From: Actinomycetes bacterium
GTDB taxonomy: Bacteria > Actinomycetota > Aquicultoria > CAJVYJ01
Length of the DNA: 30,539 bases
Reading direction: 5' to 3'
Assembly (NCBI GenBank): GCA_030597945.1
Contig: JAUVQW010000001.1
Span: 1-30,539 of the forward strand
Shown: piece after piece, positions 1 through 9,461 of the stretch
How the letters are laid out: the number at the start of each line of letters is the position of its first letter
Numbering within the stretch: position 1 is the stretch's first letter
The notes under the pieces: generated by a model
What the model was told of the DNA's origin: nothing
Seen by the model: only the letters and a program-made list of their open reading frames with translations
Databases searched by the model: none
Made by a program: the position numbers and the translations under genes

Positions 1-121
1 CGTTAGCTTTTACAACCGCCATGAAAAGAGTCGTATCCTCTAAAGTATTTTTTATTGTTTGAATATTTTTTTCGATCGCGGAGTGATCGATCTCAGCCCA
101 GACAGGTCGTTTATACACCAT
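1..121 (-). CDS. alr: Alanine racemase, N-terminal part (runs off the window edge)
   Basis: Hand translation from ATG at 121: MVYKRPVWAEIDHSAIEKNIQTIKNTLEDTTLFMAVVKAN. This has the Alr N-terminal 'W-A-E-I-D' segment and the PLP-lysine motif AVVKAN. It starts 2 nt after the CBS gene stop, in the nnr-alr context. Not in the ORF track. Confidence 0.9.
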   Translation of the reverse strand, partial: MVYKRPVWAEIDHSAIEKNIQTIKNTLEDTTLFMAVVKAN

Positions 122-123
122 GA

Positions 124-576
124 TCAGCTAGAAAGAGTTCTAACTATATCCCCTTTAGTTATGATCCCGACAACTTTTCCCCCTGATATGACCGGAATGC
201 GTCCAATATGTTTTTCGATCATCAGGGTCGCTATTTCTTCGGTACTTGCATCAGGAGTAACTGTTACAACCTCCGTTGCCATCAGCTCTTCGACAGTAGC
301 TGCTGCAGCTCTTTTGAGCGACTCCTCAAATCGTTTAGGACTTTCGAGGAATATGTAGCTATCTAAAAGATGGATATAGCTTGGAAAATGTACCTTTATG
401 TCTTGAGATATAAGATCAGATTCAGAGATCAATCCTATCAACTGATCGTCATCATCAAGCACCGGTGCCGCACCGATTTTATTGTCGACAAAAAATTTTG
501 CCGCCTGCTTGATACTGTCTTTGGGCTTTAAGCATTTAACGTCCTTGGTCATTACTTCTTCTGCGATTGGGCTCAT
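124..576 (-). CDS. Stand-alone tandem CBS-domain protein
   Basis: Two CBS repeats (EEVMTKDV...IGAAPVLD...LIGLISESDL; EELMATEV...IGRIPVI...VVGIITKGDI). SD GGGGAG upstream. Confidence 0.9.
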   Translation of the reverse strand: MSPIAEEVMTKDVKCLKPKDSIKQAAKFFVDNKIGAAPVLDDDDQLIGLISESDLISQDIKVHFPSYIHLLDSYIFLESPKRFEESLKRAAAATVEELMATEVVTVTPDASTEEIATLMIEKHIGRIPVISGGKVVGIITKGDIVRTLSS

Positions 577-599
577 CTATTCTCCCCTTGATCCTCTCA

Positions 600-2120
600 T
601 CATCGGACAACTCCGATAATATTTTTTATTGCTCTTGGTAATAAGTCTATCAAGTCGCCCGCGATCATAGCAAGCTCGCCTTTCTCTTTTTTTCCGAAAT
701 CACCGCTTAGACCGTGGACAAACGTACCTGCAACCGCTGCCGGATAATCGGGAAGGCCTTGAGCCATGAAAGAAGCGATTATTCCTGTTAGCACATCTCC
801 GGTTCCCGCTGTCGCCATCCCTGCATTGCCAGTAGTATTGATCATTGTCGCTCCCCGACCACTAATGATAGATCTGTTTCCCTTTAAGACAACGGTCGCC
901 TTAAAGGCCCGACTCGCCTCCTGACATGCTTTTACCCGATCTGAGGTGATCTTAGAAGTCGTTTCTTTAGTTAAGCGGCTTAATTCGCCTTCATGAGGGG
1001 TGATTACCTTTGATGATGGAGTACTGCTAAGAACGCCTGTGTCGTCCAGACAATTTAATCCATCGGCGTCGATGACCATAGGAATATCGATCTCACTCAC
1101 TACTTTATTTAGAAAAACTCTTGTCTCATCGTTTCGTGAAATACCGGGACCAATGGCTATGACATCAAATCTTTTACTTACATCTTTTATGATATCTAAT
1201 GCCGTTGGCGATATACTTTGCTGAGCAGTCTCCGGCAACGGGATTGTCATTACCTCTGTAAGCTTAATCTCCAATATCTCGTTCAGGCTTCTTGGTGCCG
1301 CCAAAGTTACTATTCCCGCCCCGGATCTCAGCGCCGCCAAAGAAGTCAGCGTCGCAGCTCCCGTCATCCCTACCGAGCCGGCAATGACCAATACTCTTCC
1401 ACAAGTGTGCTTATTAGCTGTGAATGCTCGTTTGGGAATAAGCGAGCTTGCGATCTCCCTTGAAGCCAAATGAGTATCTACGTTTTCACTAATGACATCT
1501 TTACTGATACCAATATCGACTAAATGGATCTTGCCTGAAAGCCCTACGCCTTGATCGATCACCGAACCTATTTTTGGACAAGTAAAAGTTACCGTATGGT
1601 CAGCTTTTACGCTCACTCCATCGGATCTTCCGGTATCGGCATCGATGCCGGAAGGAATATCCACCGAAACGACTATTGCCCTTACTTTGTTTATCTGCTC
1701 GACTGCGTCGGCCGCTTGGCCATGGATCTCACCTTTTAAGTTAAAGCCAAAGAGAGCGTCAATGATCAAGTCGGGCGATGGGCAGACCTCTTTCTTAAAT
1801 TCCATTATATTTACTGAAGCTGCTTCAGCCTCACTTAGAGCATCTTTCGCGATCCCTTTGATATCATCCTTTGAAAAAGTCAGATAGACAGTCACATCGT
1901 GACCGATCCTTTTTAGATGCTTAGCAGCAACGAAGCCGTCTCCGCCATTATTTCCTTTACCACAATATATGGCTATTTCGCCGCCGGCTTTTAAAAGGGA
2001 AGAGGCAATATCAGCAACGGATTCCCCCGCCGCTTCCATCAGTTCCTTTAACGATATCTCTTGAGACTCTACCGCCTTCTCTTCTATATCCATCATCTGA
2101 TTGGCGGTTACGATTTCCAT
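600..2120 (-). CDS. nnr: Bifunctional NAD(P)H-hydrate epimerase/dehydratase (YjeF family)
   Basis: YjeF_N motifs GKGNNGGDG and VDIPSG; carbohydrate-kinase-domain motifs GSVGMTGAA, IDADGL, TPHEGE, VVLKG, GTGDVLTG. Confidence 0.95.
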   Translation of the reverse strand: MEIVTANQMMDIEEKAVESQEISLKELMEAAGESVADIASSLLKAGGEIAIYCGKGNNGGDGFVAAKHLKRIGHDVTVYLTFSKDDIKGIAKDALSEAEAASVNIMEFKKEVCPSPDLIIDALFGFNLKGEIHGQAADAVEQINKVRAIVVSVDIPSGIDADTGRSDGVSVKADHTVTFTCPKIGSVIDQGVGLSGKIHLVDIGISKDVISENVDTHLASREIASSLIPKRAFTANKHTCGRVLVIAGSVGMTGAATLTSLAALRSGAGIVTLAAPRSLNEILEIKLTEVMTIPLPETAQQSISPTALDIIKDVSKRFDVIAIGPGISRNDETRVFLNKVVSEIDIPMVIDADGLNCLDDTGVLSSTPSSKVITPHEGELSRLTKETTSKITSDRVKACQEASRAFKATVVLKGNRSIISGRGATMINTTGNAGMATAGTGDVLTGIIASFMAQGLPDYPAAVAGTFVHGLSGDFGKKEKGELAMIAGDLIDLLPRAIKNIIGVVR

Positions 2121-2128
2121 GAAAAATA

Positions 2129-2137
2129 ATTATAGCA
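2129..2137 (-). promoter_or_regulatory. Extended -10 promoter (TGC-TATAAT) 8 nt upstream of nnr ATG; probable leaderless transcript
   Basis: Minus strand reads TGCTATAATtatttttcATG. No SD and no recognisable -35. Confidence 0.55.
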
Positions 2138-2172
2138 GACTGTTTGTTAAAAAGATTTTATTGACTGGCTGG

Positions 2173-3495
2173 TCAGAATTGTCTTACCCAAAGATCCGTC
2201 TCCGACTGATCGTCGATCGGCCCCAGTAGAAATACGCCAACGCCCTTATCTTGAGCGTCACTTATCGCCACTATCGAAGATACTAAACCGTCGCCGTCGA
2301 AATCTCCTGAAACTATCTTGGTACGTTCGCCGTCCCAATTGCCTTCGCCACTATCCCATAACTTTATCGGATTGTTATAATCACCGATCGAGTTTACAAA
2401 GATCCAGGCAGAAGATCTTTTGTTGGCATGGGTATAGAGACCGAAAATATCTATTAGGCCATCGTCGTTGAAATCCCCGGCCGCGATCTTGGTCGCTCCG
2501 GCGTTCCAGCCGTCATTTCCCGAATCCCACCAGACTTGAGGGGCGTAAAAACCAGCTCCGTATCCTTGGAAAAACCACATTCGGGCCCGTCTGTCTCCAT
2601 AGTTATACATGATCAGTAGATCCAACGTCCCGTCCAGATCAAAATCACCGGGCAATACCTGTGATTTTTCCCCCAGCCATTGGCTAGTAGAGCCCCACCA
2701 CTTTTTTGGCTCGCCTAACCTCTTGCCGTCATTTTCAAAAAACCAGAAGGTGGATTTGCCGTCATCAAAAGTATACAGAGCAAGGAGATCTATTAACCCA
2801 TCGTTATTAAAATCTCCCGAAATCATTTTAGTTGCAGCCTCGTTCCAGCCTTCGTTCGATGACCACCAGATATCCGGCTCCTTGAATCCTCGGCCGCTAT
2901 TCTCGAAGAACCAAGCCTTTGCGTGTTGATCACCGTAACCATAGAAGGCCATAATGTCGCTTAGACCATCGTCATTAAAATCCCCGACTGTGAGCTTGGT
3001 CTTATCTCCATCCCATTTACCATAACCGGAAGCCCAAAGCGATATCGGCTCTAAAAGCGTATTATTGTTCCCCTCAAAACCCCAGATCATGGAGAAATTT
3101 CCAGCCCTGCTATAGAGCGCCAGCAGGTCATCCTCATCGCCGCCGATAAAATCACCCGCTATCGGATTTAGCGCCTGCCAACTCCAGTTAGAAAGAGTGC
3201 CTGTCTCAACGAACGAGATGGGGATAATATCACTTGAAATATTTCTATCTTTATAGGAAACATTGGCCTCGATCGATTTCAATCCGTCAAATAAAGAATT
3301 AAATCTAAGGACGTCGCTGCTATTTATAAAGATCAGGTCGCCCGAGGAGTAGTTTTGGCCGTTGATAGAAATATTGATGGCAGAATCATATACACTAATC
3401 TCTACATTCGCAGCCATTACCTGTTTCGATAAAATTAGTATAAATATTATTATGATTAGGAGTGCATTTAATCGCGCTTTTTTAAAGAGCCTCAT
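2173..3495 (-). CDS. Secreted FG-GAP/VCBS-repeat beta-propeller protein
   Basis: N-terminal signal-like segment. Six repeats of about 56 aa with a GDF(N/D)xDGxxD core (GDFIGGDEDD, GDFNDDGLSD, GDFNNDGLID, GDFDLDGTLD, GDFNDDGLID, GDFDGDGL); repeats 2-6 are each preceded by a W-x(4-5)-W segment. Confidence 0.8.
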   Translation of the reverse strand: MRLFKKARLNALLIIIIFILILSKQVMAANVEISVYDSAINISINGQNYSSGDLIFINSSDVLRFNSLFDGLKSIEANVSYKDRNISSDIIPISFVETGTLSNWSWQALNPIAGDFIGGDEDDLLALYSRAGNFSMIWGFEGNNNTLLEPISLWASGYGKWDGDKTKLTVGDFNDDGLSDIMAFYGYGDQHAKAWFFENSGRGFKEPDIWWSSNEGWNEAATKMISGDFNNDGLIDLLALYTFDDGKSTFWFFENDGKRLGEPKKWWGSTSQWLGEKSQVLPGDFDLDGTLDLLIMYNYGDRRARMWFFQGYGAGFYAPQVWWDSGNDGWNAGATKIAAGDFNDDGLIDIFGLYTHANKRSSAWIFVNSIGDYNNPIKLWDSGEGNWDGERTKIVSGDFDGDGLVSSIVAISDAQDKGVGVFLLGPIDDQSETDLWVRQF

Positions 3496-3571
3496 TGCTA
3501 TCCGTTAATAGCCGTCAAACCATCTTAGTTCAGCAAAAGAATTGCCGAATTCTTAAAGAAAAAGTTCAATT

Positions 3572-3600
3572 ATTTTAGCAGTTTTTTACTTCTTTGTCAA
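3572..3600 (-). promoter_or_regulatory. Housekeeping-sigma promoter for the FG-GAP gene
   Basis: TTGACA (3600-3595), 17-nt spacer, TAAAAT (3577-3572) on the minus strand. Confidence 0.7.
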
Positions 3601-3633
3601 GGTAGAGGAGTTGTAACAATAATTCTTCGGCGG

Positions 3634-4191
3634 TTAATTTGAAGGGCTTGGTGGCGATATTGTTCTAGGTTGTGGAGTCCCAACACCCGGGCCTCCCGCT
3701 AATTGACCGAAGGTCTCAAGAAGATAAAATTCAAGAAAAGGAAGCTCTCGAGCCGCACGCCCAAGCGCTCTGTTCGCCGCCATAGTCATCTTAAGAGATT
3801 CAGTCCTCTCCGGTGAGATCTGTTGTTCTCCGTTAATATCTTCCTCGCTCTCGCTTTTATCCAATTTAATCTCGATCTCTTTTCCGTCAACATAAAAACT
3901 CAAGAATTGGATCAGGTCAGCGTGGCCGCTAAAAAAATCCTCTGGGGGAGTGATCTTCTCCATCTTTTTTTCCGTATCTTCCAATATTTTTATCTGCTCT
4001 TTATCTAATTCGGCCCTTGATTTATTATCCTCACCGCTTTTCTTAGATAGATCGCTAAGCTCCTCTTGGGTATCAATCAATATCTTTGTCATTTTATCTT
4101 GATAACTCTTTTTGCTATTCGTACAACCACCCAAAAGCAATGTAACCAAAATAACGATTATAATAATTGTTAGCTTTTTTTTAAAAGACAA
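3634..4191 (-). CDS. Hypothetical lipoprotein
   Basis: Start reassigned to TTG at 4191, after AGGAG. Basic N-terminus KKK, hydrophobic stretch, lipobox LLGGC, then a helical charged body and a Pro-rich tail. The ORF-track start at 4284 overlaps acpS. Confidence 0.7.
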   Translation of the reverse strand: MSFKKKLTIIIIVILVTLLLGGCTNSKKSYQDKMTKILIDTQEELSDLSKKSGEDNKSRAELDKEQIKILEDTEKKMEKITPPEDFFSGHADLIQFLSFYVDGKEIEIKLDKSESEEDINGEQQISPERTESLKMTMAANRALGRAARELPFLEFYLLETFGQLAGGPGVGTPQPRTISPPSPSN

Positions 4192-4249
4192 GATTCTCCT
4201 AATTAGTATCAGACCATAGAATAGCTGACAAAGAAAACCTTTGCAAATT

Positions 4250-4624
4250 TTACAACCCGATGGCGATGGCCGACGCGACTGCATTACTTTTATTAAAAGA
4301 GAGGCTCACTTCGACATCGCAGATGCCGTTTTCGTTCGCCAGTTTTGCCGCTCCCCCGCTTAGACTGATGAATGGTTTTCCCTTGCTATCCCTCTTTACT
4401 TCAATATCAGTCCATTTCATGCCGGCCCTACCAGTTCCAAGCGCTTTACTGACTGCTTCTTTAGCAGCAAACCGAGCGGCATAGTGATGTGCTGGCTCCT
4501 GTTTTGACTGACAATACTTGCTCTCATCTTGAGTGAATATCCGCTTTTCGAATTTTTCATATTTTAAAAGCGCCTTTTTGATCCGATCGATCTCGACGAT
4601 GTCTACGCCCAGTCCTCTAATCAT
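4250..4624 (-). CDS. acpS: Holo-[acyl-carrier-protein] synthase
   Basis: GLGVDIVEIDRI, RIFTQDE, AARFAAKEAVSKALGTG, GKPFI motifs; follows glmS. Confidence 0.95.
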   Translation of the reverse strand: MIRGLGVDIVEIDRIKKALLKYEKFEKRIFTQDESKYCQSKQEPAHHYAARFAAKEAVSKALGTGRAGMKWTDIEVKRDSKGKPFISLSGGAAKLANENGICDVEVSLSFNKSNAVASAIAIGL

Positions 4625-4626
4625 CT

Positions 4627-6453
4627 CTACTCGACCGTCACGCTTTTTGCTAAATTACGGGGCTGATCGACATTACATCCTCTTTCTTTAGCAATAAAAT
4701 AAGACAGAAGCTGAAGCGGGATAACGCTTAAGATCGCTGATGACATTTCATCTGATTCGGGGATGACAAATACGTCATCGGTTAGTGCTCTAATCTGGTT
4801 ATCATCTGAATCAGTGATAGCAATGATGCTACCACCTCTGGATTTTGCTTCCTGCATATTGCTTACTATCTTTTCGAAGACTTTTCCTTTTAAGGCAATA
4901 GCTAAAACGGGGACGCCATCATTGATAAGGGCTATCGGACCGTGTTTCATCTCCCCGGCTGGGTAGCCCTCGGCATGAATATAGGATATTTCCTTTAACT
5001 TTAGAGCCCCTTCCATAGCTACTGGATAACCCACCCCTCTTCCGATAAAGAGAAAGTCATATACATCATGATATTTCTTTGCCCATTCTTTGATCGTCTC
5101 CGCTTTTCCCAATATCTCATCTACTTTTTCCGGTACTTTTGAGAGAGATTCAGCTATTTTTTGAAAAAAGGAATCATCCAAACCATTTTTTTGCCGGGCG
5201 ATAAACATTGAAAGCAAGATCAGCGCCGCTATTTGGGATACATGTGTTTTTGTCGCTGCTACCCCGATTTCGGGACCGGCGTGCGTGTAAACTACTCCGT
5301 CTGCCTCTCTCGTTATCGAACTGCCAACAACATTGGTCACGGCGATAATCTTTGCTCCCTTTTCCTTAGCTTTTCTTATCCCCGCCAATGTGTCGGCTGT
5401 CTCTCCCGACTGAGTGATGGCTATTAGAAGGCTCTTATCGGACAGCACAGGTTCGCGGTAGCGAAATTCCGAAGAACAATCTATCTCGACAGATATGTGG
5501 GCCCATTTCTCAATCGCTAGTTTCGCTATCATTCCAGCATGAAGAGATGTACCGCAAGCAACGATGAAAATTTTATCGATATCTTCTATTTTTTCTTTAT
5601 CGAGCAAAAGGTCATCAAAATTAACTTTGCCATCCTCATCTAATTGTCCCCGCAGCGTATCTTGAATAGCGCTTGGTTGTTCATATATCTCTTTTAACAT
5701 GAAATCGGCGAACCCGCCTTTTTCTGCAGCTTCAATATCCCACTTGACTTCAATGGAGTCACGCTTAATTAAAACGTCATCCCCTGATGTGATCTGATAC
5801 CCGTCTTGGGCTACCTCCACCAGCTCTTCGTCTTCGATGATTACGATCTTTCTAGTCTGGTCGATAAGTGCGGGGATGTCTGAAGCTACAAAAATTCCGC
5901 TTTCAGCGATACCAAGGACCAGAGGGCTGTCTTTTCTGGCAGCGATCAATTTCGAGGGATCTTCGCTTGAGATCACAGCTATTGCATAGGAGCCCTTGAT
6001 CCGGCGAAGTGCCTTTTTTACCGCTTCTTTAAGATCGCCGTTGAAGTTTGCTTCTACCAGATGTGCCAGAGTCTCAGTATCGGTCTCGGAAGTAAATTCG
6101 TGCCCTGAATCAATAAGCTCATCTCTTAGCTCATGCCAGTTCTCTATGATCCCATTATGGACAACCGCGATCTTTCCTGAACAATCAGTATGGGGATGAG
6201 AATTTCTCTTTGACGGTTCGCCGTGGGTGGCCCACCTGGTATGCCCGATTCCTAGCCTACTATCAAGTTTATCGTGATCGACGATCTTTTCGAGTTGATC
6301 CAAATTACCTTTTTGTCTAAGTACTGTTAAGCTTCCATTGATAGACAAAGCCAACCCGGCTGAGTCGTAACCCCTGTATTCGAGTCTCTTTAATCCCTGT
6401 AAAAGTAGCGGGGTGGTCTTTTCTTTTCCTATGTAACCTACGATTCCACACAT
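4627..6453 (-). CDS. glmS: Glutamine-fructose-6-phosphate transaminase (isomerizing)
   Basis: MCGIVG N-terminal nucleophile, LEYRGYDSAG, GHTRWATHG, SQSGETADT-like motif, C-terminal PRNLAKSVTVE. Confidence 0.98.
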   Translation of the reverse strand: MCGIVGYIGKEKTTPLLLQGLKRLEYRGYDSAGLALSINGSLTVLRQKGNLDQLEKIVDHDKLDSRLGIGHTRWATHGEPSKRNSHPHTDCSGKIAVVHNGIIENWHELRDELIDSGHEFTSETDTETLAHLVEANFNGDLKEAVKKALRRIKGSYAIAVISSEDPSKLIAARKDSPLVLGIAESGIFVASDIPALIDQTRKIVIIEDEELVEVAQDGYQITSGDDVLIKRDSIEVKWDIEAAEKGGFADFMLKEIYEQPSAIQDTLRGQLDEDGKVNFDDLLLDKEKIEDIDKIFIVACGTSLHAGMIAKLAIEKWAHISVEIDCSSEFRYREPVLSDKSLLIAITQSGETADTLAGIRKAKEKGAKIIAVTNVVGSSITREADGVVYTHAGPEIGVAATKTHVSQIAALILLSMFIARQKNGLDDSFFQKIAESLSKVPEKVDEILGKAETIKEWAKKYHDVYDFLFIGRGVGYPVAMEGALKLKEISYIHAEGYPAGEMKHGPIALINDGVPVLAIALKGKVFEKIVSNMQEAKSRGGSIIAITDSDDNQIRALTDDVFVIPESDEMSSAILSVIPLQLLSYFIAKERGCNVDQPRNLAKSVTVE

Positions 6454-6463
6454 GATCTTATAT

Positions 6464-6472
6464 ATATTACCA
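6464..6472 (-). promoter_or_regulatory. Possible extended -10 promoter (TGG-TAATAT) 10 nt upstream of glmS ATG
   Basis: Minus strand reads TGGTAATATatataagatcATG. No SD in the 51-nt gap. Confidence 0.4.
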
Positions 6473-6504
6473 GATTAGTTACCGACTTCTTTACCTTTGG
6501 CCCT

Positions 6505-7833
6505 CTAGATATTCTCTTCAATGGCTGAAACGATATTATCGGTTAATCTCTCGGCTAACTCCTCGCTTTTGGCCTCGACCATTACTCTGATTAGCGGCTC
6601 TGTCCCTGATGGTCTTACTAGCACTCGACCATCGCCGCCCAGTTCATTTTCACTGGCGAGTATTGTTTTTTTTACGCCTTCTAAATCTATTATTGTTTTT
6701 TTATTGTTTTTTACGATCACATTTTTTAGAGATTGTGGATACCTGGTCATCACTTTTGCTATTTCTGACAGCGGTTTTTCTTTGTCTCTCATAACTGAGA
6801 GAAGTTGAAGGGCGGTGATTATTCCATCACCGGTCGTATTATGGTTTAAAAAAATTATGTGTCCCGATTGTTCGCCCCCGACTTGTATCTTATCGTCTAG
6901 CATTTCCTGTAATACAAATCTGTCTCCTACGGGAGTCTTGATTATTTCTATACCTTTTGACTCCATGCACCTATCGAGACCTATATTTGTCATGACTGTT
7001 GTAACCATAGCATTAGGATTAAGCAGATCCAGCTCCTTTAAATGCGTCACACAGATGGCCATAATGAAATCTCCATCTATAACTTCGCCGTTCTCATCTA
7101 CCGCGATCACTCTATCGGCATCACCATCGAAGGCAAACCCGACATCAACATTGTGAGCCTTTACTATCTTTGCCAAATGATCGGTATAGGTAGAACCACA
7201 ATTTTCATTGATATTCATACCATCAGGCTCATTTGAAAAAGTTATCACGTCGGCACCGAGTGACTTAAGAATATCCGGAGCCACTTTTGAAGCTGCTCCG
7301 TTAGCACAATCGATCGCTACCTTGATGCCATCCAACCCGCCGTAAATAGTGTCGACTACATGGCTTACATATCTTTCGATCGAACTTGATCCATCGACTA
7401 TCGTTCCAATATCTTTACCGGTAGATCGATCGATAACGTTATCTTCCATTAACGCCTCGATCTTTTCTTCTTCTTCTTCCTGCAGCTTGATACCGTTCTT
7501 ATCAAAAAATTTGATACCGTTATATTCAGCCGGATTGTGTGATGCGGAGATGACGACCCCACCATCGGCACCAAGTTGTCTTGTTAAAAAAGCAACAGCC
7601 GGTGTCGGGAGAACGCCGAGGTTTACACCATCACATCCAGCAGAACAAATACCAGACATCAGGGATGACTCTAATAGATCGCCGGACAATCTGGTGTCGC
7701 GTCCTACTACTATTCTTTTTGCTCTACCCTTTAGAAAAGTAGCCCCGGCCCGACCTAACTTGAAAGTCAGTTCCGGAGTAAGCTCGGTATTAGCAATCCC
7801 TCTTACGCCATCAGTGCCAAATAGCTTCGGCAA
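6505..7833 (-). CDS. glmM: Phosphoglucosamine mutase
   Basis: LFGTDGVRG, ISASHNP (phosphoserine), DGDADR (metal loop), GGEQSGH, RPSGTEP. TTG start with AGGAG SD. Confidence 0.97.
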   Translation of the reverse strand: MPKLFGTDGVRGIANTELTPELTFKLGRAGATFLKGRAKRIVVGRDTRLSGDLLESSLMSGICSAGCDGVNLGVLPTPAVAFLTRQLGADGGVVISASHNPAEYNGIKFFDKNGIKLQEEEEEKIEALMEDNVIDRSTGKDIGTIVDGSSSIERYVSHVVDTIYGGLDGIKVAIDCANGAASKVAPDILKSLGADVITFSNEPDGMNINENCGSTYTDHLAKIVKAHNVDVGFAFDGDADRVIAVDENGEVIDGDFIMAICVTHLKELDLLNPNAMVTTVMTNIGLDRCMESKGIEIIKTPVGDRFVLQEMLDDKIQVGGEQSGHIIFLNHNTTGDGIITALQLLSVMRDKEKPLSEIAKVMTRYPQSLKNVIVKNNKKTIIDLEGVKKTILASENELGGDGRVLVRPSGTEPLIRVMVEAKSEELAERLTDNIVSAIEENI

Positions 7834-7940
7834 TTATTAATTTCTCCTTTTATAGGGGATTTGCAATTGATTTATACCCTTTTACCACCGATCAGCTCTT
7901 AGTTAACGAGTATAAAATTCAATGTCTTTATGGCTGTTTA

Positions 7941-8933
7941 TTATAACCCAATATATTCCTTATCTACATAAGGAGATATCATCGCTGCCAAGACAGCAAA
8001 GTACGATGGTTCGATCTTTATCCTCCCGCCAACTTGGAGCTTTGCGTCAACGGCCGGCTTTATCGTCAGATGATCGCTGCTTCGGTTAAAGATGGATCCG
8101 CTGTCGGTTTTGATCGGGGCCATAGCTATATCCTGTCTTCCAAGAGCTATGACAGCTTGCCCTCCTTGATCATTGTTTTTCTTTTTTACCTCGATAACCT
8201 CGGCCTCAAGTGAAAAGGCCCCTTGCTTAAAACCATCTAGCGGCCTATAATTAATCGGCTCATGCCCGAGAAGTATCGCCTCTCCGATTCTTAATTGATT
8301 TATCTCTTGCGGCATCTTTCCATTTAGTAAAATATCGATACAGCTACTATTTCCCCCGGAAAGAATAGGTACGTCCTGACTAAATCTATTAACTAGTCTC
8401 TTTTTTGACTCGACGAGGCTCACAAGTTGTTTTTTTGTTGGAGCTACAGCAAAAGAACAACCCGCGTTTATGGCTAAACCATAAAGTTCTATCGAAGTCA
8501 GTCTTTGCACCTCTTCTGCAATCTCGTCCAACTCCGGCTCGGTTATTCCTTCTCTTAAGTCTCCAGCCTCCAACATAAGTATGATGCGCTGGACTTTCCC
8601 CGCTTTTGTGGCTTCTAAAGAAATCTGTCTCGCTATTTCGATCTCCGTTAACAAAATATAATCAGCAAATTTTATTGCGGTTGCGATCTCGTTTACCATC
8701 GGCTGGCGAAGAAGCATAAGAGGGGCTGCAAAAAAATCTTTTAGCCTGATCAGATTTTCGAGTCTTGAATCGGCAAGTCCATCCACGCCGCCCTCGACCA
8801 TAGCCCCGGCTACCTCCATGCTACCGGCAACCCCTTTGATAACACCAAAAACCTCTCGCTTACCAACGAGTCCTAAAAGAGTAGAGGTATTACTTCTGAT
8901 GCAATCTAGATCGATCGAAAGCTTTGGATACAA
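7941..8933 (-). CDS. Alanine/ornithine racemase-family PLP enzyme (Orr/YhfX-like, fold type III)
   Basis: MYPKLSIDL N-terminus, PLP lysine in VIKG, ADSRLENL, GDLREG, SGGNSS, RIGEAILLG, LGRQD, SSDHL. TTG start with GGAG SD. Confidence 0.8.
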   Translation of the reverse strand: MYPKLSIDLDCIRSNTSTLLGLVGKREVFGVIKGVAGSMEVAGAMVEGGVDGLADSRLENLIRLKDFFAAPLMLLRQPMVNEIATAIKFADYILLTEIEIARQISLEATKAGKVQRIILMLEAGDLREGITEPELDEIAEEVQRLTSIELYGLAINAGCSFAVAPTKKQLVSLVESKKRLVNRFSQDVPILSGGNSSCIDILLNGKMPQEINQLRIGEAILLGHEPINYRPLDGFKQGAFSLEAEVIEVKKKNNDQGGQAVIALGRQDIAMAPIKTDSGSIFNRSSDHLTIKPAVDAKLQVGGRIKIEPSYFAVLAAMISPYVDKEYIGL

Positions 8934-8987
8934 ATCGCTCTCCAGAAAAAAGCACCGTTAAGATATGAGAGATGATTAAAATTCAGA

Positions 8988-9461
8988 TTATCGTTTCGAG
9001 AATTGAGGACGTTTACGAGCTTTCTTGAGACCGTACTTTTTCCTCTCAGTCATCCTTGAATCTCTGGTAAGAAACCCATTCTTCTTAAGTTCGCTACGAT
9101 AATCCGGGTCAGCTTCTAAAAGCGCCCTGGCAACACCATGCCTTAAAGCACCTGCTTGGCCAGAAAGGCCTCCGCCAGCGATGTTAGCTAAAATATCGAA
9201 CTTACCGGCTGTCCCTGTTACTTCAAATGGTTGAACCACTAAGGTGCAGAGAGTATCTCTTCCAAAATATTCTTTTAACTGGCGACTGCCGTTAATTCTA
9301 AATTCTCCGCTACCAGGCACAAGCCTTACCCTGGCAGTTGAGTTTTTTCTTCTGCCCGTTCCGATGTATACAGCCATCGCTTGAGCGCTCTTTTTTGTGG
9401 TCTTTTTCGCCTTCTTCGCAGGCGCTTTCTTTTCTTCTATCTTTTCTTCTTCAGGAACCAT
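8988..9461 (-). CDS. rpsI: 30S ribosomal protein S9 with Lys/Glu-rich N-terminal extension
   Basis: [21 protein letters not shown]-terminal [12 protein letters not shown]. Start reassigned to ATG at 9461 after AGGAGG; overlaps the rplM end by 11 nt. Confidence 0.97.
   Translation of the reverse strand: MVPEEEKIEEKKAPAKKAKKTTKKSAQAMAVYIGTGRRKNSTARVRLVPGSGEFRINGSRQLKEYFGRDTLCTLVVQPFEVTGTAGKFDILANIAGGGLSGQAGALRHGVARALLEADPDYRSELKKNGFLTRDSRMTERKKYGLKKARKRPQFSKR

Noticed and set aside
6454-6504. glmS ribozyme
   Set aside because: The gap is only 51 nt and lacks the conserved core; too short for the ribozyme.
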